64,000 nt of DNA from Alphaproteobacteria bacterium (GCA_963923945.1 OZ000551.1:1557580-1621579), one strand, 5' to 3'. Counted from the first letter of the stretch, positions 22,004-32,040 are shown. The notes: generated from the sequence alone by a model not told the origin. Translations and numbers: made by a program.

Positions 22004-23008
22004 TTATAAAACGCCGCCGCCCAGCCCCTTAAAGCTATCGGTGATTTTCAATATGGCCGGCCCACCGAGAACCACAAACAGAGGCGGAAAAATAAACAAC
22101 ATCAGCGGAATAGCCATCAGAGCCGGCAAGCGGGCGGCTTTTTCTTCAGCCTTCAACATACGTTCGTTGCGAAATTCGGCTGCCAAGACCCGCAAAGATT
22201 GAGCAATCGGGGTGCCGTATTTTTCCGATTGCCGCAGACTGTTGACAACCGCCTGAATCATCGCCAGATCGGTGCGATCACTGAGATTTTCCAGGGCTTT
22301 TTGACGGCTGGGTAGAAAACTCAACTCAACCGCGGTCAATTCCAACTCGGCCGCCATTTCAGAACAGGTTTCTCGGGTTTCCCGGGCGATCCGTTTGAGG
22401 GCGGCATCAAGACTGAGGCCGGCATCAGCACAAATCACCAACAAATCAAGCGCATCAGGCAATGCTTTTGCGAGCACCGCTTTACGTTTATCGGTTTTAT
22501 TGCGCACGATAATGGCCGGCAGATAATACCCCAAACCGACCGCCATCAGCATCGCCATGAAAGATTGAAACAGGCTGATGTCAGCAACCCGGACGATAAA
22601 AAGGAAAAAGAAAGCCCCGATTCCCAAAACCCCGGCGCCAAGAATACGCAGATAGAAAAAATACAAAACTGCATCAAGACCACGATACCCGGCCCGGGCC
22701 AGCTTATTCACAATCTCTTTATGTTGTTCACCATCATCAAGCCGCATCTTCTCAACGATGCGGCTGATTGATTTCATCCCAACGAAATTGCTGCGCCGCT
22801 TGGGGTCTTTGATCTCCATAACTTTGCTGACCAGTTTTTCTCGATGCTTACCAAGGGTGCGCAAATTTTTGGCCGTTTTATCCCGCTCAACCAAAGTCAA
22901 CCAAAACACCACGGTGGCTATCGCCGCGGCCACAGCGGCGGCCAACACGGTTATATCTTCCAGATTGAGAGAGAAAAAATCCTCAAGCATTTCGATGAGA
23001 TCAGTCAT
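22004..23008 (-). CDS. tadC: Flp pilus assembly inner-membrane platform protein TadC
   Basis: T2SS-F/GspF-like topology; it lies downstream of tadB in the cpa operon. Confidence 0.8.
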   Translation of the reverse strand: MTDLIEMLEDFFSLNLEDITVLAAAVAAAIATVVFWLTLVERDKTAKNLRTLGKHREKLVSKVMEIKDPKRRSNFVGMKSISRIVEKMRLDDGEQHKEIVNKLARAGYRGLDAVLYFFYLRILGAGVLGIGAFFFLFIVRVADISLFQSFMAMLMAVGLGYYLPAIIVRNKTDKRKAVLAKALPDALDLLVICADAGLSLDAALKRIARETRETCSEMAAELELTAVELSFLPSRQKALENLSDRTDLAMIQAVVNSLRQSEKYGTPIAQSLRVLAAEFRNERMLKAEEKAARLPALMAIPLMLFIFPPLFVVLGGPAILKITDSFKGLGGGVL

Positions 23009-23024
23009 ATCAAACTTTCCGATC

Positions 23025-24005
23025 TTAAATCTCGAACCGGGCCATATTGAACATCACAAAAGCCCCAATCGCCAACCAAACCGAGGCGAAAATAAGCATC
23101 GTATGGCCGCGCGGATCAGTAAATAAAACCGATGCATATTCTGGATTAAGGGTGTGGATGACTCCAAACAGGATAAAAGGCAGGGCGCCGATAATATAGG
23201 CGCTGACTTTTGCTTCACTGGATAATGCCTTGATTTTCAGTTTTAATTGCTTGCGGCGGCGCAAAATTTCTGAGAGATTTTCCAAAGTTTCAGCAAGGTT
23301 TCCCCCGGTTTCTCGCTGGATTGATAAGGTGATGGCAAAGAATTTGAAATCGGGCAGATCCAAACGGCGCGCGGTTTCGGTCATCGCATCATCCAGGCTC
23401 ACCCCGATCTTGATCTGATCAACGATCCAGCCAAATTCTTCGGCCACCGGTCCTTTCATTTCATCGGCAATGGCGGCAAAACCATCGGTGGTCGGCATGC
23501 CGCTTTTTAGGCCTCGTACAATCAGATCAAGAGCACCGGGAAACTGTTCCAAAAATGTGGCCAACCGGTTGCTGATCATGACGCTACAGGCCAGCCAAGG
23601 CAGCGCCAGAGCCAAGATAAAGCCCAACAACACAGCGGTCGGGTAGGGGAGTTGCAGATTCCATGATGCGACAACAAAGCCGCCCAATCCGGCCCCAACA
23701 CACCATAAGGCGTAATCACCCAAGCCAATCTCACGGCCGGTCCGGGCCAAGCGATCACGTAATTGATCCGGGTTGGGGAGCCAGGCCTGAACCAGACGAT
23801 CCAGGATGGGCACTCTGCTGGTGGCTTCGCGGCGGCGTAGATTGCCGTCCAATCCAACCGGATTAATGCTGCCGCCCTTGCCGCTGATCACGCCGAGGCG
23901 TTGATCAAGATGGCGGCGGGTATGGCCGGATTGAAGACCAATCGCCAAAGCCGCCACCATAAGAATAGCGCTGACCACTGCACCGAGAATGATGATAAAA
24001 CTCAT
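23025..24005 (-). CDS. tadB: Flp pilus assembly inner-membrane platform protein TadB
   Basis: GspF-like domain; its start overlaps the cpaF stop (ATGA-type coupling). Confidence 0.8.
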   Translation of the reverse strand: MSFIIILGAVVSAILMVAALAIGLQSGHTRRHLDQRLGVISGKGGSINPVGLDGNLRRREATSRVPILDRLVQAWLPNPDQLRDRLARTGREIGLGDYALWCVGAGLGGFVVASWNLQLPYPTAVLLGFILALALPWLACSVMISNRLATFLEQFPGALDLIVRGLKSGMPTTDGFAAIADEMKGPVAEEFGWIVDQIKIGVSLDDAMTETARRLDLPDFKFFAITLSIQRETGGNLAETLENLSEILRRRKQLKLKIKALSSEAKVSAYIIGALPFILFGVIHTLNPEYASVLFTDPRGHTMLIFASVWLAIGAFVMFNMARFEI

Positions 24006-26095
24006 CGGGCCCCCCCGGGTGCCGCCACATTCTGTTCTGAAGACGCGATGATTCGCATCAATTCATTCTCCAGGCCGAAATATGCCGCCTTGGCTGCGAA
24101 ATGTGGTCGCAATCCAGAACAGATATAATCTCCATAGAGGTTGCCGTCCTTATCTTCTCCCTTAAACTTGAATGTGAACAATTCTTGAGTGGTGATGACT
24201 TCACCTTCCATGCCAACAATCTCCATGATGCTGGTGACTCGCCGCTTGCCATCGCGCATACGGCTGATCTGGACAATCATATCCAGGGCTGAAGAAATCT
24301 GGGTGCGTACAGCCCGGGCCGGTAAATTGACATTGGAAAGGCCGATCATATTCTCCAGGCGTGATAAAGCCTCACGCGGCCGGTTGGCATGGATGGTGCC
24401 CAGTGATCCATCATGGCCGGTATTCATGGCTTGCAGCATATCAACCGCTTCTTCACCCCGCACCTCACCGAGAATGATCCGATCGGGACGCATGCGTAGA
24501 GAATTTTTCAGCAGATCACGCATGGTGATTTCATTCTCGCCTTCCAGGTTGGGTGGCCGGGTTTCCAGACGCACCACATGGGGCTGCTGCAGCTGCAGTT
24601 CTGCCGCATCTTCGATTGAGACGATGCGTTCGCCTTCATCAATCATTTGCGAAATAGCGTTGAGCAAGGTGGTCTTGCCCGAACCGGTCCCCCCGGCAAT
24701 CAGGATATTGAGCCGTGAGCGTCCGGCAATCCGTAAAACCGTCTCCATGGCTGGAGAGATATTGCCCTGCTGGGCCATCATTTCTAGGGTGATTTTTTTT
24801 GCTGAAAATTTGCGAATCGAGATGCTCGGGCCATCAATCGCCAAAGGCGGAATAATGATATTGACCCGGCTGCCATCCATCAGCCGGGCATCGGCCAGCG
24901 GCATCGTTTCATCAACCCGGCGCCCGACCGCGGTGACAATACGTGATGCGATATTCATCACATGCTGATTGTCGTTGAAATGCACATCGGTCAATTCCAA
25001 CCGGCCGCCACGTTCAACATAGATCTGGTCGGGACCATTGACCATGATATCGGTGATCTGTTCATCATCAAGCAACGGCTCCAAAGGCCCCAGCCCCAGC
25101 ATATCATCCAGCAACATTTCGGTTAGTCCTTGCTGCTCAACTTTGTTCAGCTGGATTTTCTGTTCCTGCAAGACTTCACGCAAAATGCCGCCGATTTGTT
25201 TGGCGATTTGAGACCGTCCGAGCTTGCTGGCCGCCTTGACGTCAATGCGTTCAATCAACAGGGGCTGGACTTTCCCTTTGGCTTCCATGAGTTCAGAGAG
25301 GTTGACGGTGCTCAAGCGGCTGTTGCCCCGTGATGAGGTGACCCGGGCTTGGCGAATGCGTGAGCGACGCGGCTCTCGATCGCGCTCTTCTGGTTCCGGT
25401 TCATAGAGTGGGGTTGACGGTGCGGCTGGCGCAACCGGTTGCTGAGGCGGGGCCATGTGAACAGGGGGCATGGGGACCGGTTGCGGCATCATCGCCGGAG
25501 CGCCCCCTCCATTGGGCATTCCTGGATGGATTCCCGGCTGAGTCATCATTGGGGCTGTCGGCTGAGAATACGGCATGGCGGTTGGTCCGCCGGGATGGGG
25601 AGACGCATAGGGATGGGGTCCAGCTTCCGGCATTGATGGTGCTGGTGGTGGCGTCATGGGTGCCGGGGCGGTTGCTGTGGGGGGTGGGGTTACTGCTGTG
25701 GCGGTTGTTGGTAAGGCTTCGGGTACTGGTGGTGGAGCCGCGATATTCTGCCCATCGGCCCAAGCCATATTGAACAAAGCCGCCAAAAGAGATTGATGAT
25801 CCGCCGCATTGAGGGTGATGGCGGCCCGGGTTAGGTAGTCATCAACAAAAATTTGGATTCGGCCTTGGATATCTTGCATATCACCGGTATTGGGGGATGC
25901 GGAGCGAATGGCCGCGATATGGGGGCTGAGAATCTGATACAATTCACCAACCCGATCTTGTGGTGTGGCTGAATTGATGGCCGCAGGTGTTTCTTGAGGC
26001 TGGTTATACTGGTGAGATGGCCCGGTTTCCGGGACCATTCCTTGGTTGACCGTTCCTTGATTGACTGTTGCGGTGGCACTTTGAGTATTATACAT
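24002..26095 (-). CDS. cpaF: Flp pilus assembly ATPase CpaF/TadA with a roughly 280-aa N-terminal extension (novel N-domain plus Pro/Ala/Met-rich low-complexity linker)
   Basis: The C-terminal roughly 420 aa are canonical: GLGPLEPLLDD, Walker A GGTGSGKTT, and Asp/His boxes. The N-terminal 280 aa have no CpaF counterpart; residues about 120-280 are an APPPVPEALPTTATAVTPPPTATAPAPMTPPPAP… low-complexity tract. Confidence 0.9.
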   Translation of the reverse strand: MYNTQSATATVNQGTVNQGMVPETGPSHQYNQPQETPAAINSATPQDRVGELYQILSPHIAAIRSASPNTGDMQDIQGRIQIFVDDYLTRAAITLNAADHQSLLAALFNMAWADGQNIAAPPPVPEALPTTATAVTPPPTATAPAPMTPPPAPSMPEAGPHPYASPHPGGPTAMPYSQPTAPMMTQPGIHPGMPNGGGAPAMMPQPVPMPPVHMAPPQQPVAPAAPSTPLYEPEPEERDREPRRSRIRQARVTSSRGNSRLSTVNLSELMEAKGKVQPLLIERIDVKAASKLGRSQIAKQIGGILREVLQEQKIQLNKVEQQGLTEMLLDDMLGLGPLEPLLDDEQITDIMVNGPDQIYVERGGRLELTDVHFNDNQHVMNIASRIVTAVGRRVDETMPLADARLMDGSRVNIIIPPLAIDGPSISIRKFSAKKITLEMMAQQGNISPAMETVLRIAGRSRLNILIAGGTGSGKTTLLNAISQMIDEGERIVSIEDAAELQLQQPHVVRLETRPPNLEGENEITMRDLLKNSLRMRPDRIILGEVRGEEAVDMLQAMNTGHDGSLGTIHANRPREALSRLENMIGLSNVNLPARAVRTQISSALDMIVQISRMRDGKRRVTSIMEIVGMEGEVITTQELFTFKFKGEDKDGNLYGDYICSGLRPHFAAKAAYFGLENELMRIIASSEQNVAAPGGAR

Positions 26096-26102
26096 ATCTC
26101 AA

Positions 26103-27377
26103 TCAATCTCCCATCAGCCAGCGACTGGCTTTTTCGAGAATTGTCTCCGGTTTGGTGGTAACATCATGACCTATCATGCGTTGGAGAACAGGAAGAATAT
26201 GGGCATGGGGTGCGACCATCGCCAAAGGTTTGCCGACATTCAAAGCCCGACTAACCGCGCTTGCTTCATGCGGTACAGAAAAATGAATCGGTATTCCCAA
26301 AGCCCGGGAAAATTGATCATGTTCAACTTGTCCGGGGGCACCGGTTGGGGCATTGGTCACAATCTTGATGGTTGCTTTGCACCCTGAGCGTTCAAGGGCC
26401 GCGCGCACACGAATGGTATCGCGTAGGCCGATCATGCTCAGATCACTGACAATAAAAATCTCATCAGCATTGATCGCCGCTTCGGGAAAATCCAACAGGC
26501 GGTAACGCGGCAGATCACAAATGATATGAGTAAACTGGCCCCGCAGTTCACTAATCAAGGTCTCAACCGCATCCTCGACCAGGTCAATATCTTCGCCGAT
26601 CTGTATATCCGCAGACATGATGGATAAGCTGTGGCTGTATTCGGAAAAAGCACCGGATAAAAAATGCGAATCGATCCTTTCCGGGTTTTCCAAAGCCGTC
26701 CTCAACGCTCCACCCGAATCCAGATTCAACTGCAGGCCCACACAGCCATATTCCAAATCAAAATCAATCACCAACACCTGGGCCGGTTTTTCTTGGGCTG
26801 ATTTTTCTTGGGCCGGTTTTTCTCTGGCCTCATCATGGGCGATGGCAAAAGCATAATTGACCGCCAGAGTGCTGGCCCCAACGCCGCCGCGCGCACCGAT
26901 GAATGTCACCAAGGAACTGCTCTGGGGCTTGGTTTTGATGATCCGGCTGTTATCGCCGGAGTCGTCGCCAGAATCCAGCTCCAGGCTTGCGCGTAATTCT
27001 TCTGGATCAAGCGGTTTGGTGAGATAGGCTTTGGCTCCAGCTTCGCGCATACGGGTGGTTGAACCGGCTGAATCATCCTGACCGATGACAATAATTTGGG
27101 TATTGTCTCCATAGGCGGCATCCATATCATTAACCGCCGCCAAAGGGTCGGATTGATCACTCACATCAATCACCGCAAATGGCGGCAGCATCTGTGACCA
27201 TGCCAGAAAATCACCCACCCCACCGTGATGGACACAATTGGTTTCCAGACCGTGTTCCTGGGCCATTTGTTTGATCGTCTCCAGGCAATCGGGATCATGC
27301 GAAAAAGCGATGAAAACATCCGACATAGAATCGGCCTCCAACCGCGACGATGACTGATCAGTGGGGCGCATTAACAT
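26103..27377 (-). CDS. cpaE: pilus assembly protein CpaE/TadZ (N-terminal receiver-like domain plus MinD/ParA-like ATPase with deviant Walker A)
   Basis: Contains a GARGGVGAST P-loop-like segment and a MinD-family fold. It carries an in-frame 15-bp x3 tandem repeat coding KPAQEKSAQEKPAQ (26781-26825). Confidence 0.75.
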   Translation of the reverse strand: MLMRPTDQSSSRLEADSMSDVFIAFSHDPDCLETIKQMAQEHGLETNCVHHGGVGDFLAWSQMLPPFAVIDVSDQSDPLAAVNDMDAAYGDNTQIIVIGQDDSAGSTTRMREAGAKAYLTKPLDPEELRASLELDSGDDSGDNSRIIKTKPQSSSLVTFIGARGGVGASTLAVNYAFAIAHDEAREKPAQEKSAQEKPAQVLVIDFDLEYGCVGLQLNLDSGGALRTALENPERIDSHFLSGAFSEYSHSLSIMSADIQIGEDIDLVEDAVETLISELRGQFTHIICDLPRYRLLDFPEAAINADEIFIVSDLSMIGLRDTIRVRAALERSGCKATIKIVTNAPTGAPGQVEHDQFSRALGIPIHFSVPHEASAVSRALNVGKPLAMVAPHAHILPVLQRMIGHDVTTKPETILEKASRWLMGD

Positions 27378-27402
27378 ATGGATTGCCGCTTTCTTATTGT
27401 TT

Positions 27403-28134
27403 TTATTGTCCTAAGCCTACTTCTTCGACCTGTTGGGTCTCTCCTTGCCGGTAGCTTTCCAGAGATTTGTGGAAACGCACCGCTTGGGCCGGTTCCAAAG
27501 TCCGGCCCTGGATAAGGTCACGCGGATGGGCAACCATCAGGCTGAGATTGCGGGCGGTCGCACAGCCAAAATTGCTGCTTGGGGCGTTGTTGATGCCGCT
27601 GTTCGAAGAACCAGACCAATCGGGGCAAGATGGGGGAATAGCCACATAACGCACCGCCTCCACAACAATGCCGTTGGCCTCATCAGAACGGGCCGCCCGG
27701 GGGGGCAAAAGATCCGATTGAAAGCCGCGGATGGCCGCGTATTCAGCGACCACTGCTTGTTGTTGAGCCAGAAGATCATCATTGATCATGCTGTCATCGC
27801 CACTCTCATCGCCACTCAACGGCGATAACCCATAAATCCTTAAAACCGGGTGCTGACCAGTTTTGATCTGACGCCGCAAGAATGCATCAAGAGTCTCGGC
27901 GGCTTGGGCATCAAGAGAACTGTAGCCATCCAGAAAGGGAATCACCTGAGAGACCAAAGAGACGTCAACTTCTGGTTCTTGCCATTTGAAATGACCGGCC
28001 GCATTGGGAGGCTCACCGGCCGAACAGGCACTGATCACAAGGGCCATCATGGCGATGCCGAACCCCTTGAGGAGGGTGTCCGGGCTTTGATAGGGAAAGT
28101 TTCTCATTGAGCGGGTTATTCCTTTCATGGTCAT
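27403..28134 (-). CDS. cpaD: pilus assembly lipoprotein CpaD
   Basis: Has a signal peptide with a lipobox (LVISAC). The size and position between cpaC and cpaE match CpaD. Confidence 0.6.
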   Translation of the reverse strand: MTMKGITRSMRNFPYQSPDTLLKGFGIAMMALVISACSAGEPPNAAGHFKWQEPEVDVSLVSQVIPFLDGYSSLDAQAAETLDAFLRRQIKTGQHPVLRIYGLSPLSGDESGDDSMINDDLLAQQQAVVAEYAAIRGFQSDLLPPRAARSDEANGIVVEAVRYVAIPPSCPDWSGSSNSGINNAPSSNFGCATARNLSLMVAHPRDLIQGRTLEPAQAVRFHKSLESYRQGETQQVEEVGLGQ

Positions 28135-28147
28135 GAATCCAACCTTT

Positions 28148-29551
28148 TTATTCGATGATGAATCCGGCCGCCCCGGTCAATGCGCCGCCATCGGGACCAA
28201 TCGGGCGGCTGCGGCCATCGGCGATGCGGCTGCGATAGAGGTGACCGCCGAATATGCGCTCAGAGTCACTGGCCGGTCGGAATCCATCACCGGGTGTGGC
28301 CAGGGTGGCAACACTGACCGGGCGAACGATATAAGGGGTGACAATAATCACCAGCTCGGTTTCCTGATCGCGCAGTTGGTTAGAACGGAACAAGGTCCCC
28401 AAAATCGGGATATTGGCCAATCCGGGCAATTTATTCAGACTCTGGTTGAGATCGCGCTGCAACAAACCACCGATGGCAAAACTCTGGCCGGATGCCAGCT
28501 CAACCGTGGTTTCAGCCCGGCGGGTGGTGATGGACGGGATATTGAGACCGCCGATGGTGGTCGAGCTCTCGGCGACATTGCTGACTTCCGGACGCACCCG
28601 CAGACTGATCCGGTTTTCGGATAACACCACCGGGGTGAAAGAGAGGCTCACCCCAAAATTTTTAAACTCCACTCCCGGGGTTCCGGTGGCGCTGGGGGTC
28701 GGGATAGGAATTTCACCCCCAACCAGAAAACTGGCGGTCTCCCCGGAAAGGGCGGTCAAGTTGGGCTCAGCCAGCACAGTAACCAAGCCTTCGGTTTCCA
28801 ATGCTTCCAAGACCCCCTTGCCCGAGATGGCACCGGTTGCATAATCACCGGCCAACACATTGGCCCCACGGGTGACCACATCCTCACCAAAGGCCCCACC
28901 AAAACCCCAAATCAGTGAGCTGGCTCCACTCTCAAACACTTGCTCCCATTGCAGGCCGAATCGTTTGGTCGCTGAGCGGGAAACCTCAGCCACCTTGACC
29001 CGCAAATGGACTTGCTGGCTGCTGCTAAGATCAAGCTGATTGACCACCGAACCGCCCTCACCGGCATAACTCTTGGCGATGGTCTCAATATCCAAGGCTG
29101 CGGTGGCATCCGGGACCACCCCTTCCAGAGTCAAGCCTCCCTCATAAGAAGATACCGTGGGCGGTAAGGGCAGATTGGCTTGCTCCAATGCCCGATCAAG
29201 GCCGTCGATATCACGGCCGACCACCACTTTGCGGGCCAAGATGATCCGTTGTTCACCACCCATGACGAATAGGCTGGTTTGGCCGTTCTTTTTTCCATAA
29301 ACATAAAGCAGACGCGGCGATTTTAATTGAATATCGGCAATTTCCGGCTGGGCAATGAACACACTGGTGGCTGAGGAATCCAGACGAAGAACCTGCCCCT
29401 GATCCACCTGTATAGTGATGGGGGTTGGTTCGGCCAGGATCACTTCATTGGCGTTGGGGCTGCGGTTTGGTGTGCTGGCCAAAGCAATCACCGCGATGCC
29501 AACAAGCCCAAAATGTAAGATCAATCGGGAAATGGTCTTTCTCATTGCCAT
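28148..29551 (-). CDS. cpaC: Flp pilus secretin CpaC/RcpA
   Basis: The 467-aa product has a signal peptide, N-terminal BON/secretin-N domains and a C-terminal secretin domain (…GGLLQRDL…PILGTLFRS…). Confidence 0.85.
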   Translation of the reverse strand: MAMRKTISRLILHFGLVGIAVIALASTPNRSPNANEVILAEPTPITIQVDQGQVLRLDSSATSVFIAQPEIADIQLKSPRLLYVYGKKNGQTSLFVMGGEQRIILARKVVVGRDIDGLDRALEQANLPLPPTVSSYEGGLTLEGVVPDATAALDIETIAKSYAGEGGSVVNQLDLSSSQQVHLRVKVAEVSRSATKRFGLQWEQVFESGASSLIWGFGGAFGEDVVTRGANVLAGDYATGAISGKGVLEALETEGLVTVLAEPNLTALSGETASFLVGGEIPIPTPSATGTPGVEFKNFGVSLSFTPVVLSENRISLRVRPEVSNVAESSTTIGGLNIPSITTRRAETTVELASGQSFAIGGLLQRDLNQSLNKLPGLANIPILGTLFRSNQLRDQETELVIIVTPYIVRPVSVATLATPGDGFRPASDSERIFGGHLYRSRIADGRSRPIGPDGGALTGAAGFIIE

Positions 29552-29609
29552 TCCTTTACTGTTTTTTCGTGTGTTTTTTTCATGTGTTTTTTATGTTTTC
29601 CGGTAGGGA

Positions 29610-30488
29610 TCAGAAACTTTCAATATTGGTCGCCGGGCCGCGGATCACTTCGACATTCCAGCTCTGCATCACCGGCTGTACGTTATTTCTGTTCCCCAGA
29701 GGGGTTCCCGCTTGCAAGGCGTCACTGATCTCGTAATCCCAAATCGGTTTACGATTTTCATCCAGGATCACCTCTAAATCTGGATCATCCTGCTCCATAT
29801 CCATCGCTTCGGCGATCCCGAACAGGCTGCGTAAAGACAGAGATAGTTGTCCCAAAGAACCGGCAACCGATATAATTTTGGCTTCTTTGGGTGTTACTTG
29901 TAGGGTGACCGTACTGGCGATAATCGGATCACGATCATCGGTATCCGAGCGTTGATCCACCGCCAGGATACGGATATCCTCAAGCAACAGTTCGGTGACT
30001 TGGCGGTCTTCAATCGAATGGGTGAGCAGGATATCCACCCGGTCACCAGGGAAAACAAAACCAGAAATACCGGTTGTCGCGCTGACCGGAATGGAAACCG
30101 CTTGCGATCCAGGCTTGAGAACAGCGGCCATGAAACCCCGTTCCCCCGGCAACACCACCATATTATGGGAAACCGGTTGCCCGGCATCCGCATTCACCCG
30201 GATGACCGCGCCAACAAATTCATCAATACTGGCATCGCTCTTGGTGAGGAAACTGCCGGGAATATCAAAAGCCGGCCAATCTTGCCATTTGAGATCATTG
30301 CTTTTAATGAAAGAGCCAACCGGTAAATTACGCCGGGCCACCAAGACCGAACGAGTCTCTATAGGCGACGGGACGCTGATCGCTTCAATGGCGCGGCGTT
30401 CATTATCCAGCCAGTTGCGAGCCAGCAGAGCGGTCACCAGACCAGCGGTAATCGCGGCCGCACCAAGGATGAGCAAACGCTTATTCAT
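29610..30488 (-). CDS. cpaB: Flp pilus assembly protein CpaB (SAF domain)
   Basis: The start is chosen at MNKRLLILGAAAI (30488), overlapping the cpaA stop in the palindromic tcatga. The track ORF extends to 30542. Confidence 0.8.
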   Translation of the reverse strand: MNKRLLILGAAAITAGLVTALLARNWLDNERRAIEAISVPSPIETRSVLVARRNLPVGSFIKSNDLKWQDWPAFDIPGSFLTKSDASIDEFVGAVIRVNADAGQPVSHNMVVLPGERGFMAAVLKPGSQAVSIPVSATTGISGFVFPGDRVDILLTHSIEDRQVTELLLEDIRILAVDQRSDTDDRDPIIASTVTLQVTPKEAKIISVAGSLGQLSLSLRSLFGIAEAMDMEQDDPDLEVILDENRKPIWDYEISDALQAGTPLGNRNNVQPVMQSWNVEVIRGPATNIESF

Positions 30489-31078
30489 GAGATCCCTTCC
30501 ATAATGATGATGTTGCGTAAAAACAGTTCGGTTGCCACCCAACCGCCCCCGGCCGCAATGGCGATTCCGTAGGGCAAATCGTCATAGGCTGCCTTTTTGT
30601 TGGAGCTGGTTTTTTGGTCGGGCCATGCCGCCGGTAAAAGCCGCATGGTCGGCGGCTTGGGATCACTTTTGGTCCAAGGAAGAGAAGCCATTAAGAGATA
30701 TAAAACAGCCAATAGGCCGCCGCTTAGGGAGACCACCAAGCCAAAAATCAAAGAGAGTTCAAAACCACACCACAAACCACAAGCGGTCATCAGCTTGACA
30801 TCGCCGCCGCCCATGGCACCCCGGGCAAACAAAAAAGCCCCCAGGCAAAAAGCCAGCGCCGCTACGCTAAAACTGCCCAGCCAATCGACCGGTTGCGGGG
30901 TGACCCAAGCATAGAGAAAAAAACACACCGCAATACCCGCACAGACCAGGTTGGGGATGCGCCGCTCAAACAAATCCTCCAAAGCCGCCCGCACCAGCAA
31001 ACCAGCAAAAGCCATGAGAGCCAGCATGGCCAAAATGGTCGCAACATTGATATGAGAGCTTATGGACATAGCGGTCAA
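30485..31078 (-). CDS. cpaA: prepilin peptidase CpaA/TadV (A24 family)
   Basis: Polytopic; contains the conserved catalytic Asp region (GAMGGGDVKLMTACGLW). Confidence 0.8.
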   Translation of the reverse strand: MTAMSISSHINVATILAMLALMAFAGLLVRAALEDLFERRIPNLVCAGIAVCFFLYAWVTPQPVDWLGSFSVAALAFCLGAFLFARGAMGGGDVKLMTACGLWCGFELSLIFGLVVSLSGGLLAVLYLLMASLPWTKSDPKPPTMRLLPAAWPDQKTSSNKKAAYDDLPYGIAIAAGGGWVATELFLRNIIIMEGIS

Positions 31079-31620
31079 TATGGCGGCTTAAGAATATGGC
31101 GATGGTCAATTAAAAACAGTCAATTAAAAACAGTAATTAAGAAATACTCATCATCCAAAATGATGGATGACATATAGTTATATTGAAATATTTAAATATT
31201 TTTATGTTCATGACTTTGCACTAATATATTGTTTTTATTTTATAGTTTATTGATCAATTATTATAATATTCTTTTTTTATTATGAAATTTCTTAATATTT
31301 ATTGTTTGCTTATTTTTTATTTTCTAATCCAGTACCGTCTCATATAGAATAAAATCAATCTGCATTTCCGGAACCTTTTTTGAAGGAATTAACTATAGAT
31401 GCAATTTATTTAAATAAATTTAATCCTATTTTGATTTTTCAATCAAAGTGAAAATAATTAAGAGTAAAAAATAAAGTCATTGAGAAAAAATTAACCAATA
31501 ATAATCATTTATTTTATTCTTAAAGACATATTTTTTAACAATAAAATCACCATAATAACTTAAAAAACTGTAAATTTTACTTTTAAGAAAAATTACTAAT
31601 AAGTAAAAGATTGGTATTTT
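31079..31620. promoter_or_regulatory. 540-bp extremely AT-rich spacer upstream of cpaA (about 20% GC) with a 14-bp x2 tandem repeat (gtcaattaaaaaca, 31105-31132) and long A/T tracts
   Basis: Composition is far below the flanking coding GC. It sits between the flp terminator and the cpaA start and is the likely promoter for cpaA-tadC. Confidence 0.5.
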
Positions 31621-31662
31621 TTTATTTTAAAAATAAAGGCGGTACGAGGCGCCGCCTTTTGA
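31620..31662 (-). terminator. rho-independent terminator downstream of flp
   Basis: On the minus strand the hairpin aaaggcgg-cgcctcgta-ccgccttt is followed by TTTATTTTTAAAA. Confidence 0.6.
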
Positions 31663-31833
31663 AAGATCAATCCGTATTTGGGAATGATCGCTCTCCTGGG
31701 CCCATCACCCCCAACCCCGTTTTAATGAAAAGGGGGTTGGGGGCAGAGAATGTCGGCGTTGCTTCGCGTGATCTCTCACCAGAAGCAAGACGCGACATGA
31801 AAGCTCCTCTGGGCAAGGGTATCGGTGTTGTTT

Positions 31834-32040
31834 TTAAGGTGCTTTGTTGCTTTGTGTTGCTGTTTTGGCCTTGCCCACTTCATCACCGACATGTTTAAAT
31901 GTCGCCTCGATCGAATCCCCGACACTGGTCATGGCGGCAATCGCGGCAATGGAGATCAAGCCAGCCAGCAAGACATACTCAATGGCCGTGGCACCATTTT
32001 CATTCTTCAGAAGTTTATTCACAAATTTTAACATCGACAT
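31834..32040 (-). CDS. flp: Flp family type IVb pilin (major pilin of the Tad locus)
   Basis: The 68-aa prepilin has a leader MSMLKFVNKLLKNENG, the processing motif G/ATAIEYVLLAGLI and a hydrophobic helix. Confidence 0.8.
   Translation of the reverse strand: MSMLKFVNKLLKNENGATAIEYVLLAGLISIAAIAAMTSVGDSIEATFKHVGDEVGKAKTATQSNKAP

Noticed and set aside
24189-24968. 259-aa plus-strand ORF inside cpaF
   Set aside because: It is antisense to the strongly supported CpaF ATPase core. The product is Arg/Ser-rich low-complexity, typical of a GC-skewed shadow frame.
25360-25773. 137-aa plus-strand ORF and overlapping 120-aa minus-strand ORF in the CpaF Pro-rich linker region
   Set aside because: These are artifacts of the GC-rich low-complexity tract. 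There are no domains, and they overlap the continuous cpaF frame.
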